A stretch of 32,000 nucleotides of DNA, taken from Corynebacterium glutamicum ATCC 13032 (GTDB lineage Bacteria; Actinomycetota; Actinomycetes; Mycobacteriales; Mycobacteriaceae). Under the pieces are notes generated by a model. It was not told the origin of the DNA. It did no database searches and saw only the letters and a list, made by a program, of their open reading frames with translations. The position numbers were made by a program, and so were the translations under genes. Positions 24,778-32,000 of the stretch are shown piece by piece (the stretch's first letter is position 1; each line of letters starts with the position of its first letter). The DNA lies in NCBI RefSeq assembly GCF_000011325.1, contig NC_003450.3, forward strand, positions 2,550,001 through 2,582,000, in the 5' to 3' direction.

Positions 24778-25899
24778 TCAGCCCCGCTCCACCCGCTGCG
24801 GGTTGAGCCACTGGGCGATGGCAACGAAGAACAGCGCTACCGCGCTGACCCAAAACGCCCCCGAGCCGATGCCCATATAGATAGGAAGGAATGTCACTGG
24901 TGCTGCCGCTGATCCGAAGAATCGGAAAGCCTGCACGGTAGAAAGCAGCGATGATCCACCGGGGCTTCCGATGACAGCCAAGTTGACGGTTGCTTGGATT
25001 CCTTGTGCTGCTGCTACTGCGAAGGCCCACAGTACGGCCACCACAATGATCCACGGTGCGATCGGCAGCAGTGCGAGTGCGATGGTACCGATGACAGCAC
25101 TGACAATGAGCACCGCGCGCACACCAAATTTGTCTGCCAAATCGCCAATCTTGCGGGAGGCAAAGAACGCAGCCAGGCCACCACACATGACCACCAAACC
25201 ACGCGCTGCAGCATCAAGTCCGAATTGCTCGCCAACGTGCAGCGATGTCATGAATCCAATGCCGATGATGCCGATGCCCACCACAAAGCCGGAAACCATG
25301 TGGATGATGGTCGGTCCCCACTGCACCTTGCCACTAACGTTTTGCTTCGATGCTGATGGTGGTGGAACAACGGGGAGTCGCGCCACCAAAATAAACAGTG
25401 ACGCTGCTGCAGTGACCAGGAAGGTCAACCTCCACGACACCACCGAAGACACACCTGCGATCAGTGGCGCCGACAACATGCCGAGTGATTGCATCGCAGC
25501 ATAGGTGCCCAATGCCTTACCCAAAGAACGCGGCGGAACAAGCTCACGCAACATAATTTGCAGCACCGGAGTGGTAAATGCATTAGCGATACCAATCGTG
25601 GCATACGCAGCCATAAACAGCCCCCACGATGGTGTAACTAGGAGCAACAGCGCAAGTGGCAGTGTGACAATATAAGCCGCCTGCACCACCTTATGCGGAT
25701 GGATCTTTCTGGTGATGCGCCCCGAAAACAACATCATGGTGGCAAAGGGCAACAAGTATGCGGTCATGGTCAGCGCTGCCTGGCTGACACTGATATCAAA
25801 GGTGTCTGCAAATTCCGGCAAGACCACTGATAGAGCTTGGCCAGTAAACGGCCCCACAAAGCCTCCGACCAAAATGGCCGCCATTTGCAGTTTCTTCAT
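24778..25899 (-). CDS. MFS transporter (unknown substrate)
   Basis: This 373-aa polytopic membrane protein has an MFS-like repeat architecture. The ATG has AGGAA upstream. It lies upstream of crtB2 on the same strand. Confidence 0.75.
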   Translation of the reverse strand: MKKLQMAAILVGGFVGPFTGQALSVVLPEFADTFDISVSQAALTMTAYLLPFATMMLFSGRITRKIHPHKVVQAAYIVTLPLALLLLVTPSWGLFMAAYATIGIANAFTTPVLQIMLRELVPPRSLGKALGTYAAMQSLGMLSAPLIAGVSSVVSWRLTFLVTAAASLFILVARLPVVPPPSASKQNVSGKVQWGPTIIHMVSGFVVGIGIIGIGFMTSLHVGEQFGLDAAARGLVVMCGGLAAFFASRKIGDLADKFGVRAVLIVSAVIGTIALALLPIAPWIIVVAVLWAFAVAAAQGIQATVNLAVIGSPGGSSLLSTVQAFRFFGSAAAPVTFLPIYMGIGSGAFWVSAVALFFVAIAQWLNPQRVERG

Positions 25900-25921
25900 A
25901 AGTTCCTAATCTATGCCTAAA

Positions 25922-25960
25922 CCCCCTGCCAGATCTTTTTTTGGATCTGGAAACAGGGGG
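25922..25960 (-). terminator. Hairpin (weak terminator or attenuator) between the CMD/AhpD gene and the MFS gene
   Basis: The stems CCCCCTG/CAGGGGG and CCAGATC/GATCTGG pair with a 3-nt bulge. On the minus strand only TTT follows. The hairpin ends 22 nt before the MFS ATG. Confidence 0.5.
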
Positions 25961-25978
25961 TATTCGGGGTTATGCGTT

Positions 25979-27214
25979 TTACAGGAAACGCTTTGGCACT
26001 TCGGGTTCACCCAGTGACAACATCAGGCGGTTCGCCCAGTTGAAGAACGCCACAGAGTTGATCAAGTCCACGATCTGCAGGTCGCTGAATCCAACGCCAC
26101 GCAGCTTGGTGATGCATCCCTGGTTGAAAGCAGCAGGGGTGGAGCTCAGTGCGCGAGCAGCGTCACGGATGACATTCCACTGGTCAGAACCCAGATCGGA
26201 GTCGATGCTTGCCAACAGTGCGTTGACATCATCAGCTCGACCGGATTCTTCCTGAGCACGTCCTGCGTGCACGGATGCGCAGTACACGCAGCCGTTGTAG
26301 CGGGAAGTAACGGTGGCGCCGAGTTCACGCTCTGCACGTCCTAGGCCTTCGCCGTCAGTGTTGAAGAAGATATCCAGATCGGTCAGGGTACGCGCCTTCA
26401 ATGCTGCAGGATCGCGTGCCAAGAGACGGAAGTATGGCATATCAGCGCGCTCAGGCTGGATCAAAGAATCCAGCTGTTCTTCGGTGAGATCTGCCTTTGC
26501 TACTGGTGGTACCCATGGCTTCCAGCCCAAAGAGTGGTTCACAAACGCTTCAGGGCGGTTGAGTTCTTCATAGGTGGAGATCTCAAAGCCGTTGTTGGAC
26601 AGTTCCCACTTCGCTTCAGGAATACTCAGGCGAGGAGCTTTCACCTGAATGTCTTCACCTTTGAGGGTGCGCAGGCCGTAGGCAACACGCAGCTGGAATG
26701 CCAGGAACGACACCAGCTGAGCCAATGTCACGGTGTCATCCGCGCTCCAGCCAGCGCCGGAGAGTCGACCAAGGACCTCGGGGCGGGAATCACGGGGGTG
26801 GAAAACTAGTAGGTGTGCGTAATCAAATGCTGCTGCAAGTCGCTCGCCAAGCTTGGCGGCATCGTTGCGCACAGATCCGCCTGGCTCTGATTCGGACTCA
26901 AGTCCAGGTTCACGGTAGGTGCCGTATGGGCCTGCGGATAGGCCCTCGTCGATGGCATCGGAGACGGCGTTTGCCAGGGTGGTTGGGGCGTCGTCGAGAA
27001 GCAAATCTTGGTAGAGATCTACAGCTGGCGCGAATTGGTGCAAACCTGCAACATAGGTGGCCACGGCGTAACGCTCGCCGAAGCTGAAGGTTCCTGGGTT
27101 GACCGGTTCGAGCAGAGCTTCGAAGCTCTTTTGTGCATTGTCGCGAGCTTGGGGACGGTTGTCACGCAGCTGTGGGAGGTCTTCTCCAACCAGCATGTCG
27201 ATGAGATCTGACAT
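25979..27214 (-). CDS. Fused CMD-domain / AhpD-like alkylhydroperoxidase-family protein (peroxidase-related enzyme)
   Basis: The 411-aa protein has two carboxymuconolactone-decarboxylase-like halves. The C-terminal half carries the CxxCxxxH motif (NGCVYCASVHAGR). The gene starts 15 nt after the ABC ATPase stop. Confidence 0.7.
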   Translation of the reverse strand: MSDLIDMLVGEDLPQLRDNRPQARDNAQKSFEALLEPVNPGTFSFGERYAVATYVAGLHQFAPAVDLYQDLLLDDAPTTLANAVSDAIDEGLSAGPYGTYREPGLESESEPGGSVRNDAAKLGERLAAAFDYAHLLVFHPRDSRPEVLGRLSGAGWSADDTVTLAQLVSFLAFQLRVAYGLRTLKGEDIQVKAPRLSIPEAKWELSNNGFEISTYEELNRPEAFVNHSLGWKPWVPPVAKADLTEEQLDSLIQPERADMPYFRLLARDPAALKARTLTDLDIFFNTDGEGLGRAERELGATVTSRYNGCVYCASVHAGRAQEESGRADDVNALLASIDSDLGSDQWNVIRDAARALSSTPAAFNQGCITKLRGVGFSDLQIVDLINSVAFFNWANRLMLSLGEPEVPKRFL

Positions 27215-27229
27215 TTTTAAGATCTGCTC

Positions 27230-28873
27230 CTATAGTCCAAGATTGAGTTCGCCACCACGATAGCGCGATCCTGGGATCGCGTCGATGAGTCGGCGAGTGA
27301 AATCGGTTTGCGGGTTGTTAAATACTTCTGCGGTTTTTCCAAGTTCCACCTGGTTGCCGCGACTCATCACAGACACAGTGTCAGAGATTTCACGGACCAC
27401 AGCCAGGTCGTGGGAAATAAACACGTAAGTCAAGCCTAGCTCTCGTTGCAGATCGTCGAGCAGGCGCAGGATTTGTGCCTGCACAGTCACATCCAACGCG
27501 GATACGGCTTCGTCGAAAACCACCAATTCAGGTTCCAAAATCATGGCACGAGCAATGGCGACGCGCTGGCGCTGACCACCAGAGAGCTCACGTGGGCGAC
27601 GGGTGGCAAGAGCCGGGTCAAGCGCCACCAGTTCCAGGTAGTGTGCCACCTTTTCGTCGGCTTCCTGCTTGCTCACCTTGGTGAAATTGCGCAGAGGTTC
27701 CGCGATGGTGGAGCCAATGGTTTGGCGAGGATCCAGGGAAGAATACGGGTTTTGGTACACCAGCTGGATTTGCTGGCGCAGTTCCCGCTGCTGGGCCTTG
27801 GACAGGTTGGTGATGTCCTTGCCACTTACTGAAATGGAACCAGAGGTCGGCGTATTAAACATCGCGATCGCGCGGCCAAGCGTGGTTTTACCAGAACCGG
27901 ATTCACCGACGATGGCATGCGTGGTGCCAGGCAGTACTTCGAAGGAAATATCATTTGCGGCAACAAATGCTCCTTCTTTGCCTCGTTGGTGTTCCTTGCG
28001 GAATTTATCCACTACCAGAAGCGGGCCTTTGGCCTGCGCTACCTCCGGATCTACGGCCGGAACTCGCGTGGGGATCTCGCCGATGGTGAGGGAGGGCGCG
28101 TCGGCAAGCAACTTCTTGGAATACTCATGCTGGGGGTCGGTCAAGACCGAAGCCGCGTAACCACTTTCGCGCACCTCGCCTTTTTGCATGACGACGATGC
28201 GATCCGCCCGATCGCCTGCCACGGCTAGATCGTGAGTAATGAACAAAATACCCATGCCCAATTCACGCTGCATGTCTTCCAGCAGATCGAGAATAATTTT
28301 CTGCACGGTCACATCCAGCGCAGATGTGGGCTCATCGGCAATGATCAGCTCTGGTTCAAGTGCAATGGCAGCGGCAATCAACGCGCGCTGCTTCATGCCA
28401 CCAGACAGCTCATGCGGGTACTGGTCATAGCGGACCTCTGGGTTATCAATACCCACGCGCTCTAGAAGCTCAATGACCTTCTTTTTGCGCTCGGCGGCGG
28501 TTCCACGCTTGTGGATAGCCAAGCCCTCCCCCACTGAAGCGCCGATAGTTTTCACCGGGTTCAGAGAGTTGTTGGGGTCCTGCGGAATCAAACCAATTTT
28601 GGTACCGCGAACGTTTTTCCACTCACGTGCGTTCAAGCCAACAAGGGAACGGCCGTTGAAAGAAATCCGACCAGAATCCACTTCAGCATTATCAGCCAGC
28701 AAACCAATCACGGCCTGAGCGGTGGTGGACTTACCAGAACCGGACTCACCAACAATCGCGGTGATTTGGCCAGGGTGCACCTCCAGGCTGACATTGTTGA
28801 CAGCATGCACCAAACCTTTAGCAGTTTGATAGGAGACAACCAGATCGTTGATCTCTAACAAGGGAGTAGTCAT
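27230..28873 (-). CDS. ABC transporter ATP-binding protein, fused double NBD (Dpp/Opp/GsiA-type)
   Basis: It has two Walker A sites (GESGSGKST, GESGSGKTT), two signature motifs (LSGGMKQR, LSGGQRQR) and two Walker B sites (IIADEPTSALD, VVFDEAVSALD). The RBS is GAAGGAGG. Confidence 0.92.
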   Translation of the reverse strand: MTTPLLEINDLVVSYQTAKGLVHAVNNVSLEVHPGQITAIVGESGSGKSTTAQAVIGLLADNAEVDSGRISFNGRSLVGLNAREWKNVRGTKIGLIPQDPNNSLNPVKTIGASVGEGLAIHKRGTAAERKKKVIELLERVGIDNPEVRYDQYPHELSGGMKQRALIAAAIALEPELIIADEPTSALDVTVQKIILDLLEDMQRELGMGILFITHDLAVAGDRADRIVVMQKGEVRESGYAASVLTDPQHEYSKKLLADAPSLTIGEIPTRVPAVDPEVAQAKGPLLVVDKFRKEHQRGKEGAFVAANDISFEVLPGTTHAIVGESGSGKTTLGRAIAMFNTPTSGSISVSGKDITNLSKAQQRELRQQIQLVYQNPYSSLDPRQTIGSTIAEPLRNFTKVSKQEADEKVAHYLELVALDPALATRRPRELSGGQRQRVAIARAMILEPELVVFDEAVSALDVTVQAQILRLLDDLQRELGLTYVFISHDLAVVREISDTVSVMSRGNQVELGKTAEVFNNPQTDFTRRLIDAIPGSRYRGGELNLGL

Positions 28874-28876
28874 TTT

Positions 28877-29761
28877 CTATGCCTCCTTCTGAATGATGCG
28901 GCTTAGGTAGTTGGCAGACATAACCACGGCGATGATGACAAAACCAGGCAGCACAGTCAGCCACCATGAGGTCGCCATGTAGTCGCGGGCATCAGAGATC
29001 AGCAGACCCCACTCTGGTGTTGGTGCCGGAGCGCCGTAGCCCAAGAAGCCCAACACGGACAGCTGCAAAATCGCGGAACCGAACTGCAGTGCTGCAAGAG
29101 CAAACACTGGGGTCAGAGAGTTAGGCAGAATGTGGCGGAACAACACCTGCGCCTGGGTGCCACCGGAACCGTATGCAGCTTCCACGAAATCGGAACCTGC
29201 AACAGTCATCACCTGGGAACGCGCCAGACGCGCGAAGGTGGCAACAGAGGTAATACCGACTGCGATCGCTGCGTTCATGGTGCCGAATCCCAAAAGGATA
29301 ATGACAGTCAAGCTGAGCAGCAGTGCCGGGATGGACAACAGCACATCCACGAAACGCATTAATACAGTGTCAACCCAACCGCGCTGTGCACCTGCGAGCA
29401 GTCCGATCAGGGTTCCCACGATCAGACCAACCAGCACTGCGATCAGTGCACCGAGCAGGGTTTCCCTCGCGCCGTAAACAACACGACTGTAGAGATCGCG
29501 TCCCACGGAATCGGTACCAAACCAGTGGGTGCCACTTGGCCCAAGCAGCGCCACATCATCGCCAGTGAACGGATCCTGGGAGGTAAACAGTCCAGGAACA
29601 AGTGCCATCAGCACCGCAACGGCGAGTACCACGATGGAAATAACAGCAGCAGGCCTCGTCCAAGGATTGCCCAACGCTTTACGCTTGCGTGCCGGGTCAG
29701 CGGATCCAGTTCGAGGATTAGCGGATACCGGTTTTTTGGGTGAAATAGGAGGATTACTCAT
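28877..29761 (-). CDS. ABC transporter permease (DppC/OppC-like)
   Basis: This 294-aa, 6-TM binding-protein-dependent transport permease lies 3 nt upstream of the ATPase gene. Confidence 0.88.
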   Translation of the reverse strand: MSNPPISPKKPVSANPRTGSADPARKRKALGNPWTRPAAVISIVVLAVAVLMALVPGLFTSQDPFTGDDVALLGPSGTHWFGTDSVGRDLYSRVVYGARETLLGALIAVLVGLIVGTLIGLLAGAQRGWVDTVLMRFVDVLLSIPALLLSLTVIILLGFGTMNAAIAVGITSVATFARLARSQVMTVAGSDFVEAAYGSGGTQAQVLFRHILPNSLTPVFALAALQFGSAILQLSVLGFLGYGAPAPTPEWGLLISDARDYMATSWWLTVLPGFVIIAVVMSANYLSRIIQKEA

Positions 29762-29766
29762 GAGTC

Positions 29767-30708
29767 TTATGCCCTTTCCCTGCGGCGCAGACGGGCATCG
29801 AGGACTGGGTACAACAAATCCACGATGAGGTTGATCAAAACATAAACAGCAGCTGCGATCACCACGATGGCAAGCATCACTGGCATATCGCGGTTGGCCA
29901 CTGCGTTGACGGTCATTTGGCCAAGTCCAGCGCGGCCGAACACTGCCTCGGTGACCACGGCCCCACCGACTAGTTCACCAAACAAGATGCCGGCAATCGT
30001 CAGGGTTGGCAAAAGGGCGTTGCGAATGATGTTGCGGAAGAAGATCCACATTTCACCCGCACCGCGAGCACGAACAGCCGCGATGAACGGTTGTGCCTTG
30101 ACCTCTTCAATCGAGCGGATGAGCACCTGTGCAAGCGGAGCGGTAATTGGGATGGACAAGGTGATGGTCGGCAGGATCAGTCCTTGTGCCGGGGTGGTCC
30201 CAATAACGGGGACCCAACCAAGGCGGAAGGACACGATCTGGATCAAGATGATGCCCAACCAGAAACTTGGAAGGGACACAAAGAATGGAGGCAGAGCCTG
30301 GAAGATGCCCTTGATCCATGCAAAGCGATCCATGGTGGCAAGAATGGAAATAACCAGTGCCAAAATGGCTGCGAGCAAGAATGCCAAAATAGCCAAGGTC
30401 AAGGTGCCTGGTAGGGCTTCTGCCAGCTGGGTTGCCACGGCAGTTCCGGTTTGTACGGAGTAACCGAAGTTACCTACAAGGAAGCCACCCAAGGTGGAGA
30501 AGTACTGAGCGATCAGGGATTCATCGGCACCATAGGATTCACGGATCTGTGCGATCTGCTCAGGTGACAGACCCAAATCAGGGCTGGAATAGCGGGCGGA
30601 CACAGCATCGCCAGGGAGGGCGGAAAGCATGATGAACGCCAAGGTAAAGGTGACCAACAAGACCAAGACGGCTTGGCCGATGCGGCGCAGAATCTGCGAG
30701 GTAGTCAT
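29767..30708 (-). CDS. ABC transporter permease (DppB/OppB-like)
   Basis: This is a 313-aa, 6-TM permease. Its ATG at 30708 directly follows the TAA of the SBP gene. Confidence 0.88.
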   Translation of the reverse strand: MTTSQILRRIGQAVLVLLVTFTLAFIMLSALPGDAVSARYSSPDLGLSPEQIAQIRESYGADESLIAQYFSTLGGFLVGNFGYSVQTGTAVATQLAEALPGTLTLAILAFLLAAILALVISILATMDRFAWIKGIFQALPPFFVSLPSFWLGIILIQIVSFRLGWVPVIGTTPAQGLILPTITLSIPITAPLAQVLIRSIEEVKAQPFIAAVRARGAGEMWIFFRNIIRNALLPTLTIAGILFGELVGGAVVTEAVFGRAGLGQMTVNAVANRDMPVMLAIVVIAAAVYVLINLIVDLLYPVLDARLRRRERA

Positions 30709-32000
30709 TTAGTCCTCCTCACTGGAATGGTCGCTGGAATGGTCAATGTAGGTCTCATAGAAGCTGGGGCGGCCGATCACTTCGGGGCTAAAGCCCTTCA
30801 CGTAAGGCTGCACGCCGTAGACAACTGGCTCTTCAAACAGTGGAAGAACATATGCCTGCTCGGTGATGTAATCCTGTGCTGCGGCAGATGCTGCTGCACG
30901 GTCCTCTTCGCGTGGGCTGGATGCAATAGCCATGAGGAGTTCCTCCAAATGAGGATCGCCAATATCGGCGGTCTCCCCTTCCACGGTCATGTTCAACAGC
31001 TCGTTGCGGTTGGTGGAGTACAGCTGGGATTTCAGCACGTCATAGTCTGCGCGACCCACCATGGTGTGGCGAACCTGGATCTTGTTGAGATCCTTGGAGT
31101 CAGCGTCCTGGGCTGCTTGGTCACCTGGGTTGAGGTTGACCTTGATGCCCAGATCACCGAGCTGTTCTTGGACCATGGTGACAACTTCGCGTGAACGAGG
31201 CTGTGGGAGGGCTTCGTTGAAGGTGAGCTCTAGAAGTTCACCGTCCTTGCGACGCATGCCGTCGCTATCAAGGGTCCAGCCGGCTTCGTCAAGCAGAGCT
31301 GTTGCTTTGTCTAGGTCGTAGACATAGGCATCTACTTGTTCTTTGTAGCCCAGTGCATTTTGCGCAAGCACAGAAGTTGCCAGCGGATAGGAATCACTAA
31401 ACAGCACACGCATGATCTTTTCGCGGTCGATCGCGTGGATCAGAGCTTGGCGAACACGGATGTCTGAGAGCAGCTCGTTTTTGAAGCGGAAGTTGAAGCT
31501 GTTGTTCACACCGTTGGTGGCTGCGGAGATGATCGGGATGCCTGCATCCTTCAGGTGTGCCTCCACTGGCGCTTCGATCTGGCGGGCGATATCACCTTGG
31601 CCAGCAACGATGGCTCCGATGCGGACGGATTCTTCACCCGCGAGGACATAATTGACGGCGTCAAGCTTCGCGCGACCTTGATGTTCGCGTGATGGTGGTG
31701 CCCAATCGTAATCCTCACGCGCAGTCAAGGTGAGGTTGGTGCCTAGGGTTTCATCGGTGATCACGAAAGGACCGGAGCCGATGACGTTTTGGGCGTTGCC
31801 TGGGGCGAAATCCTCATTGGCGAACTCCAAGGTGGAATCGGCATAAAGGCCAGCGTTGAAGGAGCTGGTGGCCTGAGCAAAACCAGGTGCAGGCTCAGAG
31901 AAGTGGAATCGGACGGTGTCCTCATCTACTACTTCGCCGTGGTCGTAGTTGGTGATCTGCTCAGAGATGGTGAGGCGTCGATCTTGATCGCCGAGGCCAT
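30709..32000 (-). CDS. ABC transporter substrate-binding protein, family 5 (peptide/nickel type), 5' end beyond window
   Basis: The frame of ORF 30709..31830 remains open to the window edge (...GDQDRRLTISEQITNYDHGEVVDEDTVRFHFSEPAPGFAQATSSFNAGLYADSTLEFANEDF). The sequence is SBP_bac_5-like. Confidence 0.85.
   Translation of the reverse strand, partial: GLGDQDRRLTISEQITNYDHGEVVDEDTVRFHFSEPAPGFAQATSSFNAGLYADSTLEFANEDFAPGNAQNVIGSGPFVITDETLGTNLTLTAREDYDWAPPSREHQGRAKLDAVNYVLAGEESVRIGAIVAGQGDIARQIEAPVEAHLKDAGIPIISAATNGVNNSFNFRFKNELLSDIRVRQALIHAIDREKIMRVLFSDSYPLATSVLAQNALGYKEQVDAYVYDLDKATALLDEAGWTLDSDGMRRKDGELLELTFNEALPQPRSREVVTMVQEQLGDLGIKVNLNPGDQAAQDADSKDLNKIQVRHTMVGRADYDVLKSQLYSTNRNELLNMTVEGETADIGDPHLEELLMAIASSPREEDRAAASAAAQDYITEQAYVLPLFEEPVVYGVQPYVKGFSPEVIGRPSFYETYIDHSSDHSSEED

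Overview
By gene content and order (my recognition, not a database search), this window looks like a Corynebacterium glutamicum-type chromosomal segment. Most of it is conserved housekeeping backbone with several small accessory or decaying insertions.

Gene order, left to right:
- benR (5' end cut by the window edge), benK and benE on the plus strand.
- clpP2, clpP1 and tig on the minus strand, followed by tRNA-Pro(TGG).
- A translationally coupled three-gene operon: a wHTH regulator, a membrane-anchored beta-lactamase-family hydrolase and an RDD protein.
- tRNA-Gly(TCC), then an AT-rich stretch carrying an orphan excisionase-like HTH gene.
- A 1426-bp IS1249-family (IS256 superfamily) element. 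Its inverted repeats and 8-bp target-site duplication are intact, but its transposase is multiply broken.
- A membrane protein with an Asp/Gly-repeat tail, then rpiB, then a 5'-truncated DUF418 gene.
- A DsbA-like CxxC oxidoreductase divergent from pepN.
- Four uncharacterised genes led by a solo HsdR-N-type PD-(D/E)xK nuclease-like protein.
- The second carotenoid cluster: an MFS gene, an intact crtB2, and a crtI2 pseudogene with a frameshift and a nonsense codon.
- A peptide-type ABC importer operon (partial SBP, two permeases, fused double ATPase) ending in a fused CMD/AhpD-like CxxC protein.

I see no CRISPR array, rRNA, intact prophage or unambiguous new system. The best candidates for follow-up are:
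- the solo-nuclease / YbjN / DUF4253 block at 19.0-22.4 kb;
- the ABC importer plus CMD/AhpD operon;
- the tRNA-bounded wHTH / beta-lactamase-like / RDD operon.

All three are hypotheses based on domain recognition by eye and need HMM and comparative checks. Several short repeats I noticed are within chance expectation for 32 kb and are listed as rejected.
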